Of a stretch of DNA of 64,000 nucleotides, positions 33,770 to 44,464 are shown one piece after another. Both the position numbers and the translations under genes were made by a program. The stretch's first letter is position 1. Each line of letters starts with the position of its first letter. Where the stretch lies: assembly GCA_050287605.1 (NCBI GenBank), contig JBNKCG010000018.1, positions 43,291 to 107,290 on the forward strand, in the 5' to 3' direction. The stretch comes from Gammaproteobacteria bacterium. GTDB lineage: Bacteria > Pseudomonadota > Gammaproteobacteria > QQUJ01. The notes beneath the pieces are model-generated. The model was given only the letters and a program-made list of their open reading frames with translations. It searched no databases and was not told the origin of the DNA.

Positions 33770-34146
33770 CGCGAACTAACCTCGATACTGTCGGAAAAAC
33801 TCACCACGGCATCGACATTAAACATGATTGGGACCCGCACCTCGTACACAACTGAAACGGTCAGAAGACCGCTCTTGCTGTTCTTCTCAAGTTTAATATC
33901 GTCTTTTTTGACGTGTTCCACGTCATTGATATCGAAACGCCGTTGCAACAGCGATCGCACCTCGCCAGGGGTCTTTTCCTGAAGCCCCGTCTCCTGCTGC
34001 AACGATTTGAGCGACGACGCGACATTGAAATGTTCCAGATAGGGCGGCGCTAGTCGTAGGACGAGTAACGTAAAAAACGCGATCAAGGCCAAAATGATGA
34101 GTATGCCGATCGCGGTCATCCCCTGCTGCTTGTTGTTCAGGCCCAT
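33766..34146 (-). CDS. DUF4845-like small membrane protein between lepB and rnc
   Basis: Single N-terminal TM; position matches the Pseudomonas lepB-DUF4845-rnc arrangement. Confidence 0.55.
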   Translation of the reverse strand: MGLNNKQQGMTAIGILIILALIAFFTLLVLRLAPPYLEHFNVASSLKSLQQETGLQEKTPGEVRSLLQRRFDINDVEHVKKDDIKLEKNSKSGLLTVSVVYEVRVPIMFNVDAVVSFSDSIEVSSR

Positions 34147-34166
34147 CGTCAGTTTCCCCCTTTCAT

Positions 34167-34994
34167 CTATCGAATGCTATTCCCGATTCGACTCCATTCG
34201 ACGCCGCCATTCCAATTCATCCAGATGAGAAACGCCTTCCCGACGAGATTCTCCTCGGGGACGGTTCCCCAGACGCGGCTATCGTTGCTATTGTCGCGAT
34301 TGTCCCCCATGACAAAATAGTGTCCAGGCGGAACCACGAATTCTCCATTGCGCAGTTGCGGTGCTGACATATCCCCTACAGGGTCGACCAGTATCTGGTG
34401 CTCCACCGGACCGAGCTGCTCCTTCAACAGCGCCAGCTCCACCCGATATCGCAGCTCGGAATCGATCACATATTTCCCCTCGATCTCGAGGTCGACCGGA
34501 TTTCCATTGATAGTTAATCTCTTACGATCATAGCGTATATGATCGCCCGGAAGGCCGATGATGCGCTTGATGTAGTCCAGCGACGGATTCTTCGGATACC
34601 GGAAAACGACGACATCGCCTCGTTGCGGCTCGCCGGTACTGACAACCTTGGTATTAGTCACCGGTAAGCGCAACCCATACGCATACTTTTCCACCAGAAT
34701 GAAGTCGCCGATTTGCAGAGTGGGCATCATCGATCCCGACGGAATGCGAAAGGGTTCAACCACAAACGAACGCAGCACCAGTACTGCTAGCAGAATGGGG
34801 AAAAACGAGCGGGCATACTCCACGATAACCGGCTCCCTTTTCACATCGCCCTGCGGCGGCGGTTGTTCACCATCGGCGCGCACCGCAGCATGGGCACGCT
34901 TTCGTTGCGGAGCCCACGCGAGAGCATCGATACCCCAAATCAATCCACAGGCAAAAGTTGCCGCTACCAATACCGTTGCGAAATCGAAATTCAT
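34167..34994 (-). CDS. lepB: signal peptidase I
   Basis: SGSMMPTL catalytic Ser box; GDNRDNSNDSR box. Confidence 0.9.
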   Translation of the reverse strand: MNFDFATVLVAATFACGLIWGIDALAWAPQRKRAHAAVRADGEQPPPQGDVKREPVIVEYARSFFPILLAVLVLRSFVVEPFRIPSGSMMPTLQIGDFILVEKYAYGLRLPVTNTKVVSTGEPQRGDVVVFRYPKNPSLDYIKRIIGLPGDHIRYDRKRLTINGNPVDLEIEGKYVIDSELRYRVELALLKEQLGPVEHQILVDPVGDMSAPQLRNGEFVVPPGHYFVMGDNRDNSNDSRVWGTVPEENLVGKAFLIWMNWNGGVEWSRIGNSIR

Positions 34995-35046
34995 GACGGG
35001 CTCTTGTCTTCCTATTACTGATGCGATTCAGAATCGGTCTTACGCA

Positions 35047-36849
35047 CTACTTTTTCCCCACTTTGAGCACCGCTAAAAACGCATCCTGGGGTATTTCGAC
35101 TCTGCCCACCTGCTTCATGCGCTTTTTCCCGGCTTTTTGCTTCTCCAACAGTTTGCGTTTGCGCGTCACGTCACCGCCGTAGCACTTCGCCGTGACATTC
35201 TTACGCAACGCCTTGACTGTTGTGCGCGCGACGATCTTGGAGCCGATTGCAGCTTGAATCGCCACCTCGAACATTTGCCTGGGGATCAACTCCTTCATCT
35301 TTTCGGTCAGATCGCGCCCCCGTTGCTGCGAGAAATCGCGATGCACGATGGTCGACAGCGCATCGACCGTTTCGCCGTTGATGAGAATATCCAACTTGAC
35401 CAGCGGAGCCGCCTGAAACCGGACAAATTCGTAATCAAAGGATGCGTATCCGCGGCTAACCGATTTGAGTCGATCGAAAAAGTCCAATACCGCTTCATTC
35501 AGCGGCAGTTCGTAGGCCACGGATACCTGATTACCCAGATACTGCAACCGTTTTTGCACGCCCCGCTTTTCGATACAGAGATTGATGACTGCCCCAAGGT
35601 GCTCCTGGGGAACCAGAATATGCGCCTCGATGATCGGTTCGCGAATCTCTTGGATCTTATTGGGTGCCGGAAGCTGCGCGGGATTGTCCACATAAACGAC
35701 ATCTCCTCCGGTATCCAGCACCTCGTACACCACTGTCGGAGCGGTGGTAATCAGATTGAGATCGTACTCACGCTCCAGCCGCTCCTGCACAATTTCCATG
35801 TGCAACATGCCCAGAAATCCGCAGCGGAATCCGAATCCGAGCGCCTGCGAAGTCTCCGGTTCAAAATGCAACGCCGCATCGTTAAGACGCAATTTCTGCA
35901 GCGCATCCCGGAAATCTTCGTAATCGTCACTGTCAACCGGATAGAGTCCGGCAAACACTCGCGGTTGAACCTGTTTAAATCCCGGCAGGGGCCTTTCCGC
36001 CGGCCGGACCGCGTCGGTCACGGTGTCGCCTACGGGAGCGCCATCAATCTCCTTGATCCCCGCGACTAGGTAGCCCACCTCGCCGGCACGCAATTGGGCT
36101 TGGCGCACCATGCGCGGCGTGAAGACCCCTGTCTGCTCGGCCTGATAGGTTCTGCCGGTGGACATGATGCGCACCTTCTCCCCCTGCCGCAGCTTACCCT
36201 GGACAACACGAACCAAAGATATGACGCCCACGTAGTTGTCGAACCAGGAATCGATGATCAACGCTTGCAACGGTAACTCGGGATCGCCCTGGGGAGAAGG
36301 TATCCTGTGCACCAATTGCTCCAACAATTCCGGCACTCCGATGCCGGTCTTGGCGCTGACACGCAATGCGTCTCCAGCCTCCAGCCCGATGATCTCCTCT
36401 ATCTCGTGGCTCACGCGATCGGGATCCGCGGACGGCAGGTCGATCTTGTTGAGTACCGGCAATACCTCAAGCCCCTGGTCGATCGCCGTATAGCAGTTGG
36501 CAACGCTCTGGGCCTCGACGCCCTGGGCGGCATCGACCACCAACAGCGCCCCCTCGCAGGCGGCCAGAGAACGCGATACCTCGTAGGAAAAATCCACATG
36601 TCCGGGGGTATCGATAAAATTGAGCTGATAGGTCTGACCGTCGTTCGCCGCATAGTTCAGCGTAACGCACTGAGCTTTGATGGTGATGCCGCGCTCGCGC
36701 TCCAGGTCCATCGAGTCCAAGACCTGTTCCTTCATTTCGCGCTCGTCGAGCCCACCACAGATCTGAATAAAGCGGTCCGCCAACGTCGATTTGCCATGAT
36801 CGATATGGGCGATAATTGAAAAATTGCGGATAAAATCGAGGTAGTTCAC
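35047..36849 (-). CDS. lepA: elongation factor 4
   Basis: [21 protein letters not shown]-domain; start set at GTG 36849 (VNYLDF...), which gives the ~600 aa typical of LepA; the track ORF extends further upstream. Confidence 0.95.
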   Translation of the reverse strand: MNYLDFIRNFSIIAHIDHGKSTLADRFIQICGGLDEREMKEQVLDSMDLERERGITIKAQCVTLNYAANDGQTYQLNFIDTPGHVDFSYEVSRSLAACEGALLVVDAAQGVEAQSVANCYTAIDQGLEVLPVLNKIDLPSADPDRVSHEIEEIIGLEAGDALRVSAKTGIGVPELLEQLVHRIPSPQGDPELPLQALIIDSWFDNYVGVISLVRVVQGKLRQGEKVRIMSTGRTYQAEQTGVFTPRMVRQAQLRAGEVGYLVAGIKEIDGAPVGDTVTDAVRPAERPLPGFKQVQPRVFAGLYPVDSDDYEDFRDALQKLRLNDAALHFEPETSQALGFGFRCGFLGMLHMEIVQERLEREYDLNLITTAPTVVYEVLDTGGDVVYVDNPAQLPAPNKIQEIREPIIEAHILVPQEHLGAVINLCIEKRGVQKRLQYLGNQVSVAYELPLNEAVLDFFDRLKSVSRGYASFDYEFVRFQAAPLVKLDILINGETVDALSTIVHRDFSQQRGRDLTEKMKELIPRQMFEVAIQAAIGSKIVARTTVKALRKNVTAKCYGGDVTRKRKLLEKQKAGKKRMKQVGRVEIPQDAFLAVLKVGKK

Positions 36850-36869
36850 GGCGCTGCGAGTGCTGTGCT

Positions 36870-36919
36870 CTTGCGGGAATGAAAACAGGCCGCGCCGGGA
36901 GGGAACTCCTGGCGCGGCC
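36870..36919 (-). terminator. candidate terminator downstream of the glutaredoxin-like gene, upstream of lepA
   Basis: GGCCGCGCC-N14-GGCGCGGCC stem followed on the minus strand by TGTTTTCATT. Confidence 0.4.
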
Positions 36920-36962
36920 GTCCAAAAAAGGGGGATAGTATAGCCGATCTGCAGCGGGTCGG

Positions 36963-37220
36963 TCAGCGGTCCCTCGCCACCGTACCGATCCGTGCCAGAA
37001 GTGCGTTCTCGTCGAGAAAATAGTGGCACACCTCTTGACCGTCCAGCATCAGCACCGGAATGCGCTCCCCGAAGCGGCCCTCAAGCTCGGGGTCACCCTC
37101 GATATCCACGAACTCCAGCTCAAACCCGTAACGTTCCTGCCACGCAGCCAGGGCCCGGCGCATCTCGTCGCATAAATGGCAATAGCCGTTGCCAAAGAGT
37201 TCGAGCCGAACCCCGGTCAT
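36963..37220 (-). CDS. small glutaredoxin/thioredoxin-like protein (CxxC)
   Basis: 85 aa with GYCHLC motif; overlaps the mucD/degP stop by 4 nt. Confidence 0.6.
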   Translation of the reverse strand: MTGVRLELFGNGYCHLCDEMRRALAAWQERYGFELEFVDIEGDPELEGRFGERIPVLMLDGQEVCHYFLDENALLARIGTVARDR

Positions 37221-38647
37221 TCCGGAAGTTTCAGGGCGAGGAACAGCGGTCCGCTCTTGCGATAGATCAGCATGGCCACGGACTTGCCCTTGGGAAGCGC
37301 TTTGACCAACGATTCAAACTGGCTGGGGCTGGTGACCTTTTCGTTGTTGAGGCGGGCAATGACATCACCCTCACGCACCCCGGCTTCCTGAGCCGGGCCG
37401 CCCGAGACCGATTTGACGATGACGCCGCCGTTGTCCAGCTCCAGTTCCTTGCGCTGTTCGGCGGTCAACGCCAGTACCTCGACCCCGAGGCGGTTCATAT
37501 CATGCTGGGGCTCGCCCCGTTCGCTGAGGCGCAACTCCTCTTCCGCAGGCAGTTCACCAATCGTAACCGTCAGTTTGTGCGTACTGCCGTTACGAAGCAC
37601 CTTCACCGGCACGCTGTTCCCCACCGTCGTCTGACCGACAAGCGGCGGTAGGGCACTGGAACTATCGATCTCGTGGCCATCGAACTCCAGCACCACGTCG
37701 CCTACCGCAAATCCCGCCTTCTCCGCCGGACTGTCCGGTAGCACCCGTGCCACCAGCGCTCCGCGCGGCTTGTCCAGACCGAAAGACTCGGCCAGTTCGC
37801 GGGTCACATCCTGAATCAGCACCCCCAGCCACCCGCGCACCACCTTGCCGCCCGATTTAAGCTGCTCCACCACATTCATCGCAACATCCATTGGAATGGC
37901 AAACGACAATCCCATGAATCCGCCGGTGCGGCTGTAGATCTGTGAATTGATGCCGACCACCTCGCCCTTGAGGTTGAACAGGGGACCGCCCGAATTTCCC
38001 GGGTTAATGGCGACATCGGTTTGAATGAATGGCACGTAGTTTTCGCGGGGCAGGCTGCGGCCTTTGGCACTGACAATGCCCGCGGTCACAGAGTGATCAA
38101 ATCCGAACGGAGAACCGATGGCCAGCACCCACTCCCCGACCTTCAATTCGTCGGAACGGCCGATGTGAACGACCGGAAGATCATCGTTCGTATTGACCTT
38201 GAGCAGTGCGATATCGCTGCGTTCGTCGAACCCGACTACCTTGGCTTCCAACTCGCGCCGGTCACTGAGCCGGACGATGATCTCATCGGCTCCCTTAACC
38301 ACATGGGCATTGGTAAGCAGATATCCGTCCTTGGAAATGAGAAATCCCGACCCGAGCGACTTGGAATCGAACTCTTCCGGAGCACCACCGTCGCCACCAC
38401 CATCGCCGAAGAAATGACGGAACAGGTCACCAAAGGGGCTGTCTTGCGGGAGATCGGGGATACGCAGGCCCGGCGGAAGACGCTGGGCACGCTGCACCTT
38501 CTGCGTAGTGCTGATATTGACCACCGCAGCGCTGTTCTCTTCCACCAACTGCGTAAAGTCGGGAAGACTGCGCGCCTGCGCCTCGTGCACACCCATCATC
38601 AGCGGCACGATCAGCAGGGAACCCCATTGAATCAAACGTCGCGACAT
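37217..38647 (-). CDS. degP: periplasmic serine endoprotease DegP/MucD (trypsin-like + 2 PDZ)
   Basis: Signal peptide; TNAHVV, GNSGGPL catalytic motifs; two PDZ domains. Confidence 0.9.
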   Translation of the reverse strand: MSRRLIQWGSLLIVPLMMGVHEAQARSLPDFTQLVEENSAAVVNISTTQKVQRAQRLPPGLRIPDLPQDSPFGDLFRHFFGDGGGDGGAPEEFDSKSLGSGFLISKDGYLLTNAHVVKGADEIIVRLSDRRELEAKVVGFDERSDIALLKVNTNDDLPVVHIGRSDELKVGEWVLAIGSPFGFDHSVTAGIVSAKGRSLPRENYVPFIQTDVAINPGNSGGPLFNLKGEVVGINSQIYSRTGGFMGLSFAIPMDVAMNVVEQLKSGGKVVRGWLGVLIQDVTRELAESFGLDKPRGALVARVLPDSPAEKAGFAVGDVVLEFDGHEIDSSSALPPLVGQTTVGNSVPVKVLRNGSTHKLTVTIGELPAEEELRLSERGEPQHDMNRLGVEVLALTAEQRKELELDNGGVIVKSVSGGPAQEAGVREGDVIARLNNEKVTSPSQFESLVKALPKGKSVAMLIYRKSGPLFLALKLPE

Positions 38648-38718
38648 CGACTTACACTCCTCAGGAACAATGCGGCAACGGTTAATCGTCTCACACCATC
38701 AACGCACAGGTAAACGAA

Positions 38719-39180
38719 CTACGGGTTCAGCCCGCCGCCACTCTCCGAACCGACGCGCCGAAGTATGACTGGTCGATACTTACGCAGGCGCGAGGCGTGT
38801 CCGCCGAATCCCCGCACCCACGATAGCCCCGCTACAAACCCCGCGCCACCGCCCACCAGCGCGGCCAGATCACCGCCCCCGGCGAGCAAATTCGTCACCA
38901 AAGCCCCGGCTATCAATCCCAATAACGGTACCAGATAGACGGCAAAAGAGCCTTTCAGCAACGCATCCTCCGCTATCCCCAACACCACGCAATCACCGGC
39001 GTGGACCTTCTGTTCGGTTTCAACCTCCACCGTGTTGCGGCGATCGCCCAGCGCTTTACTCAATACCGCGTGCCCACACCCGGCTTGAACCGAGCAGTCG
39101 CCGCAACTGGAGCGGCGTTCGGTCTCCACCCAGGCGCGCCCGTCTTCGACGCGCACAACCTGTCCCACCTGCTCAATCAT
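38719..39180 (-). CDS. rseC: sigma-E regulatory protein RseC/MucC
   Basis: MIEQVGQVVRVEDGRAWVE with CGDCS motif and C-terminal TM helices; start moved to an internal ATG overlapping the rseB stop. Confidence 0.7.
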   Translation of the reverse strand: MIEQVGQVVRVEDGRAWVETERRSSCGDCSVQAGCGHAVLSKALGDRRNTVEVETEQKVHAGDCVVLGIAEDALLKGSFAVYLVPLLGLIAGALVTNLLAGGGDLAALVGGGAGFVAGLSWVRGFGGHASRLRKYRPVILRRVGSESGGGLNP

Positions 39181-40153
39181 TGTGGTCGGAATCGCGGATA
39201 ATAGCCCGTCCGATAGACTCCACCGTTTTCGGCGGCACTTCGCCAACAACGGTCACCTGATAGTCGTCGTGCTGCAAGCCGAATGCGCTGAATGCGCCCA
39301 TGCGCGACAGGCCCACCAGCCCCCGCCGATTAGGCATGTGTTCCATATACGCGGAAACCGAGACCAGACCGTCGCTGAAAACCACGTGGTCAACCGGCTG
39401 GTTAGTTCCGGGCATCGTCTCTTTGATGTGCGAAAACAGGCTGAACCCATCGGGGAGCGCGGTTATGCGCCAATGCTTGAGCAACGCTGGAGCGTCGGCG
39501 TCGGTGGGCGGCATGGCGGGGACCGACGACGATTCCGGGGCAGCGGACTTCTCGTCGCCGGCGATCTCCCCTTTGTCCAAGACGCGAAACGACGTGAACA
39601 TCACGCGTTCCAACGGGTAACCGGATTCGTCCAGCAGATCGACCCGCAGCGGTATGGCCGTCTCCCCATCCAGCCAAACCCGGTATCCATAGCGAAATCC
39701 GTCCTTGGGCTGGACCCGAAACTGCTGCGATTCCCGGCCTGCAATGCGGTCGCGACCGATCGCATGAAAATCATAGAACTTGCCGAGGTGCCCGAACGCG
39801 TCGCCCAGCGCCAGGGGAAAGGCGCTGGCGCTATGCTGCGACTGGGTAAAAACCGACCTGGCGTCCGGCAGGATGCTGGTGACCGCCCCGCCTCGACGCA
39901 GCACCTCCCGCGGTGCCCCGGTCAGGGAAAACAGATGCTCGCGCTCACCCTGATCATCGACCTCATGCTGCAGTTGCAGCGTCTCCATGCGCGGGCCGCT
40001 GACGTAGACAAACGTGCCGTCGTAACTCACGCTGCGCAGTGATTGCGCCATTCTGGCGAACCACTGCCCCGGAGCCTCGGTTTCGTTTTCGGCGGCCCAG
40101 CCGTAGGTGCTGCAGGTAACGAGCAGCGTGGCCGCGATGACGACATGGCGCAT
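39173..40153 (-). CDS. rseB: sigma-E regulatory protein RseB/MucB
   Basis: Signal peptide plus MucB_RseB fold. Confidence 0.85.
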   Translation of the reverse strand: MRHVVIAATLLVTCSTYGWAAENETEAPGQWFARMAQSLRSVSYDGTFVYVSGPRMETLQLQHEVDDQGEREHLFSLTGAPREVLRRGGAVTSILPDARSVFTQSQHSASAFPLALGDAFGHLGKFYDFHAIGRDRIAGRESQQFRVQPKDGFRYGYRVWLDGETAIPLRVDLLDESGYPLERVMFTSFRVLDKGEIAGDEKSAAPESSSVPAMPPTDADAPALLKHWRITALPDGFSLFSHIKETMPGTNQPVDHVVFSDGLVSVSAYMEHMPNRRGLVGLSRMGAFSAFGLQHDDYQVTVVGEVPPKTVESIGRAIIRDSDHND

Positions 40154-40162
40154 AGTCGACGG

Positions 40163-40765
40163 TTACTCGCTCTGTTCGTAACCGACGATACGCACGTGGG
40201 GAGGCATACTCTGCAGACCGGAAGTGGTCGCACGTTCGCTATGCTTGGCCAGATAGTCGTTGAGCCGCCGCGCCACCTCCGGATCGGCCACCTGCCATTG
40301 ATTCACTGCAGCGCGCTGAATCGCCGGTTGCGGCATCACCACAAGACCGGCATCTGCCACGCCGGGTTGCGCCACCGTGGGCGGTGTCGTTCGCGAATTG
40401 AGCATCTGCACGCCGACCAGCGCCAGCACCGCTACCGAAGCCGCGATCCCGGCACCCAGTAGCCGCTGCGCCCAGTGGCTTCGTGCTTTGTCCGGTATCG
40501 GTATGTCAGCGTCGGAAGAAGCGGCAGCCGTTTCGTTGCGCAGTTCGGCGTCGACACGATCAGCCATTCGATAGTTCACCAATTCGGGGAGACCACCCTT
40601 CATTGCATCCCGTATCAACTGAAAACGCTGCAGCCGCAGCCGCAGTTCGCGATCCTCTTCCAGGCGTTTCAGCAGCAGCGGCACTTCCTCCTGAGGAAGT
40701 TCGCCATCCATCCACGCTGACAACTGCTCACCAACCTTGTCAGTCATCATCTTCCCCTCAATCAC
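40163..40765 (-). CDS. rseA: anti-sigma-E factor RseA/MucA
   Basis: N-terminal LSAWMDGEL anti-sigma motif and a single TM; ATGA overlap with the rpoE stop. Confidence 0.75.
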   Translation of the reverse strand: MIEGKMMTDKVGEQLSAWMDGELPQEEVPLLLKRLEEDRELRLRLQRFQLIRDAMKGGLPELVNYRMADRVDAELRNETAAASSDADIPIPDKARSHWAQRLLGAGIAASVAVLALVGVQMLNSRTTPPTVAQPGVADAGLVVMPQPAIQRAAVNQWQVADPEVARRLNDYLAKHSERATTSGLQSMPPHVRIVGYEQSE

Positions 40766-41337
40766 CTAATCAAATCTTTCAATCGTTTGTCGATCGCTTC
40801 TCGGGCGCGAAAGATGCGCGACCGAACGGTACCCACCGGGCACGACATGGTCTGGGCGATCTCTTCATAGCTCATACCTTCCATTTCCCTTAGGGTCACG
40901 GCCGTACGCAGATCCTCGGGAAGGTCTTCGATCGCCTGGTAGATGGTGCGTTCGATCTCATCACGCAACATCAAGTGTTCCGGCGTATCTATGTCCCTCA
41001 GATGGCCCATGCCACCATTTTGTTCCAGCACCTGCGAGTCGATATCGGTCTCCAACGGCCGTCTCCCTTGCGCAATCAGATAGTTCTTTGCGGTATTGAT
41101 GGCAATGCGATAAAGCCACGTGTAAAAAGCGCTATCGCCACGAAATTTCGGCAGGGCACGATAGGTCTTGAGGAACGCCTCTTGCGAAACGTCCATGGCC
41201 TCGTAGGGATCGTGGATGTAGCGCGACACCAGCTTGAGGATCTTGTGCTGGTATTTCCGAACCAGCACATCGAATGCCCCTCGTTCGCCTTGCTGAACAC
41301 GCTCTACCAGATCCTGATCGATATTCCGCTCGCCCAT
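40762..41337 (-). CDS. rpoE: RNA polymerase sigma-E (AlgU/RpoE)
   Basis: ECF sigma regions 2 and 4; nearly full-length match to the AlgU/RpoE pattern. Confidence 0.95.
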   Translation of the reverse strand: MGERNIDQDLVERVQQGERGAFDVLVRKYQHKILKLVSRYIHDPYEAMDVSQEAFLKTYRALPKFRGDSAFYTWLYRIAINTAKNYLIAQGRRPLETDIDSQVLEQNGGMGHLRDIDTPEHLMLRDEIERTIYQAIEDLPEDLRTAVTLREMEGMSYEEIAQTMSCPVGTVRSRIFRAREAIDKRLKDLIR

Positions 41338-41382
41338 TCGGGCACGCCCCTTTTATGTTTAGGCGTACCCTCCCGCCTGGTT

Positions 41383-41414
41383 GGATAGACACTCGCGTGG
41401 GGGGATAGTTCGCC
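41383..41414 (-). promoter_or_regulatory. candidate sigma-E-dependent autoregulatory promoter of rpoE
   Basis: On the minus strand cGAACTA-N16-TCTAT, compared with the E. coli rpoE P2 GGAACTT-N16-TCTAA; about 45 nt upstream of the rpoE ATG. Confidence 0.4.
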
Positions 41415-41551
41415 TAAAGGTCCAAATTTCCTCATCAATGTACCGAGATTCGGTTTGCGGGGGCCCGTATGGGTAGGGTACCCTACCGCCGCGCCCCGTA
41501 GTGGCGCAGAAAGTGCCTCAAAATACCCTATAGCCCACCCCCCAACAAGGC

Positions 41552-43153
41552 ATGAACAAGGCGGACTTCTACGACGTGCTGGTCATCGGCAGCGGCGCTG
41601 CCGGGCTCACCCTGGCCCTTAGGCTGGGAACCACGCTGCGCGTCGCAGTGTTGGCCAAAGGCCCCCTCATGGAGGGCAGCACCTACTACGCCCAGGGCGG
41701 AGTGGCTGCGGTGCTCGACGAAGAGGACTCCCTCGAGAGCCACATCGAGGACACCCTCGACGCCGGCGCGGGTCTCTGCGATCCCGAAGCCGTGCGCTTC
41801 ACCGTCAGCCACGGGCCGGCAGCCATCGAGTGGCTGATCGGCGAAGGGGTCACCTTTACCCGCAGCGACGACTCCGACAGTGCCGGCGGCTATCACCTAA
41901 CCCGCGAGGGGGGGCACAGCCGGCGCCGCGTGATCCATTCGGCCGACGCCACAGGTCGCGCGGTCGAGACCACACTGGCCGACCAGGCGCGCGCGCGCGC
42001 CAACATCGAACTGCTCGAGCACCACGTCGCGGTCGATCTCATCACCGGCGCCAAATTCGGCCTGCCCCACAACCGCTGTGTCGGCGCCTACGTCTTCGAC
42101 AGCGAAGCCGACGAGGTAAAACTCTTTCGGGCCCGCTTCGTGGCCCTGGCGACGGGCGGCGCCAGCAAAGTCTATCTCTACACCAGCAACCCAGACGGCG
42201 CGACCGGCGATGGTATCGCCATGGCTTGGCGCGCAGGCTGCCGGGTCGCCAACCTGGAGTTCAACCAGTTCCACCCCACCTGCCTCTACCACCCCCACGC
42301 CAAGTCGTTTCTGATCAGCGAGGCGGTGCGCGGCGAAGGCGGCCGACTGCTGCTGCCCGACGGTACCCGGTTCATGCCGCATTTCGATCCGCGCGCGGAG
42401 CTAGCGCCGCGCGACATCGTCGCCCGCGCCAGCGACCACGAGATGAAGCGCTTGGGTACCGATTGCGTCTATCTGGACATCAGCCACAAACCCGCAGATT
42501 TCGTTCGCGAACACTTCCCTACGATCTACCAGCGTTGTCTCGATTTCGGCTTTGACATCACTCGCGAAGCGATACCCGTCGTTCCCGCCGCCCACTACAC
42601 CTGCGGCGGCGTAGTGACCGATCTGCACGCACACACCGACGTCGAATGCCTCTACGCCGTGGGCGAGATCGCCTTCACCGGCCTGCACGGTGCCAACCGA
42701 ATGGCGAGCAATTCGTTGCTGGAGTGCCTGGTGTTTGCCATGGCCGCTGCGGACGACATTCTGGCGCGCGCCGCTGATACCCCGCCCCCCCCGGACCTGC
42801 CAGCGTGGGATGAAAGCCGCGTGACGGATTCCGACGAAGAGGTCGTGGTCTCGCACAACTGGAACGAACTGCGCCACTTCATGTGGGACTACGTAGGAAT
42901 CGTGCGCACCGACAAGCGACTGCAGCGGGCCCGCAGCCGCATCGAGTTGCTACAACGCGAAATCGACGAGTACTACGGCAACTTCCGCGTCACCGGCGAC
43001 CTGCTGGAGCTGCGCAATCTCGTCGTGGTCGCCGGGTTGATCGTCCGCTCCGCGATGCAACGCAAGGAGAGCCGCGGCCTGCACTTCACCCTCGACTATC
43101 CCCAGCTCGACGCGCAGCGCACGCCTCGCCCGACAATTCTGACCCCCGAATAA
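41552..43153 (+). CDS. nadB: L-aspartate oxidase
   Basis: [15 protein letters not shown] motif; full length; divergent from rpoE as in E. coli and Pseudomonas. Confidence 0.95.
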   Translation: MNKADFYDVLVIGSGAAGLTLALRLGTTLRVAVLAKGPLMEGSTYYAQGGVAAVLDEEDSLESHIEDTLDAGAGLCDPEAVRFTVSHGPAAIEWLIGEGVTFTRSDDSDSAGGYHLTREGGHSRRRVIHSADATGRAVETTLADQARARANIELLEHHVAVDLITGAKFGLPHNRCVGAYVFDSEADEVKLFRARFVALATGGASKVYLYTSNPDGATGDGIAMAWRAGCRVANLEFNQFHPTCLYHPHAKSFLISEAVRGEGGRLLLPDGTRFMPHFDPRAELAPRDIVARASDHEMKRLGTDCVYLDISHKPADFVREHFPTIYQRCLDFGFDITREAIPVVPAAHYTCGGVVTDLHAHTDVECLYAVGEIAFTGLHGANRMASNSLLECLVFAMAAADDILARAADTPPPPDLPAWDESRVTDSDEEVVVSHNWNELRHFMWDYVGIVRTDKRLQRARSRIELLQREIDEYYGNFRVTGDLLELRNLVVVAGLIVRSAMQRKESRGLHFTLDYPQLDAQRTPRPTILTPE

Positions 43154-43158
43154 CGCGC

Positions 43159-43944
43159 TTATTGGCGCCCCAGGGTATCGCGGTAGGCGTGCCACGTGGC
43201 GTGTCCGATCAGCGGCAACGCCACCAGCAACCCGAGCAGAAACGTCATCAAGCCAACGGCGGTAAAGGCCCCGATAATGGCCGCCCACAGCAGCATCGGC
43301 CGCGGATTGCGGCGCACCGCCTGCACGCTGAAGCGCACCGCGTCCAGAGCGTTGGTCGTCGTGTCCATCAGCAACGGCACCGAGAGCACGCTGATGGCAA
43401 ATACCGCCACCGCCAGCAAGCCGCCCATGACCACCGACGCCAGCAGCAGCGGGAACGAACTGGGCTGCAGGAACACCACGTTGATGAAGCTCTCCCAGGT
43501 GGGCGTCAGGCCTTGGTAAACCAAGGCGAACACCAGCGTCGCCAGCCGGATCCAGGCGACGAAGACCAGCATCAGAATCATGCCGAATGCGGCGATCTGC
43601 CCGCCGTTGTGGCGCCAGGCACCCAACGCATGCCGCAACGAAACCGGCTCCCCACGCTCCTGGCGCCGACTCACGTCGTACAGTCCCACCGCCACCACCG
43701 GGCCCACCAGGAAAAAACCGCTGATCAGGGGAAAAAACAGGTAGAAGAGCTGCGAATAGTAGATGACGCCGAACAGGAGGTAGCCGGCAATCACGAAGAT
43801 GAGACCGTAACTCAGGCTCACGGTGGGGGCCTGGCTCAAGTCGCGCCAACCTTTGGCCAGCCAGTTCCAGGGGTGATCCAGGGTCAGCTTCTGTACGCGA
43901 AACTGAGGAGCAGCGTGTTCGGAAAGCGTATCGGTCTGGGCCAT
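43159..43944 (-). CDS. integral membrane protein (DUF2189-like)
   Basis: Multiple predicted TM helices; no catalytic motifs recognised. Confidence 0.55.
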   Translation of the reverse strand: MAQTDTLSEHAAPQFRVQKLTLDHPWNWLAKGWRDLSQAPTVSLSYGLIFVIAGYLLFGVIYYSQLFYLFFPLISGFFLVGPVVAVGLYDVSRRQERGEPVSLRHALGAWRHNGGQIAAFGMILMLVFVAWIRLATLVFALVYQGLTPTWESFINVVFLQPSSFPLLLASVVMGGLLAVAVFAISVLSVPLLMDTTTNALDAVRFSVQAVRRNPRPMLLWAAIIGAFTAVGLMTFLLGLLVALPLIGHATWHAYRDTLGRQ

Positions 43945-44017
43945 GCTGTACTCCTCGCTACGGGGTGGAGGGTTTGCAGCCGTTTACCATACTACACCAC
44001 AATTCCTGGTACTTTTG

Positions 44018-44464
44018 TCAACTAGTAGATTTCCCGCGCAGCAAACGCCGGCGCAGTCGCCGCCACGACTCGGGATCGGTTTGATCGGCCAGCAAGGGAA
44101 AGCGCAGGCGTGCTGCCCCGGTCGGCGTCGCCGTGACTATGAGAAGGGCGCGGGTCAGGTAGGTGCACTGCAGATCGGGGGCGTCGCGCCAGCACCCATC
44201 CAACATAAGCGACCACTCAGGCCCGGCCACCCAGCGCAGAGCCGAAGGCTGGCCGTGGACCCGCTGGCACCAGCGCAGGCGCGACAGCACCACCACGCCC
44301 AGCACCGCCAGCAAACGGTACGCAACGGGAAAGGGCAATACGGCAAGGGAGAGTACAGCAGCGCCCACGCCCAGCCATACCACACGGCGCAGCGTGCGCG
44401 ACGGGGTCAACTCAACGCAAAGCGGCGCGTCGAATCTTGTCGACGAGATTGCGGAACTCGCCAT
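44018..44464 (-). CDS. YgfX/CptA-like inner-membrane protein downstream of sdhE
   Basis: Two-TM small protein immediately after sdhE, as in the E. coli ygfY(sdhE)-ygfX pair. Confidence 0.5.
   Translation of the reverse strand: MASSAISSTRFDAPLCVELTPSRTLRRVVWLGVGAAVLSLAVLPFPVAYRLLAVLGVVVLSRLRWCQRVHGQPSALRWVAGPEWSLMLDGCWRDAPDLQCTYLTRALLIVTATPTGAARLRFPLLADQTDPESWRRLRRRLLRGKSTS

Larger units (their letters stand above)
23500..36000. other. compositionally atypical (lower-GC) block
   Basis: By eye about 50% GC against about 65-68% in the flanks; codons shift to A/T-ending; a further low-GC patch covers rpoE and the 5' part of rseA (40.4-41.4 kb). Not computed. Confidence 0.5.
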
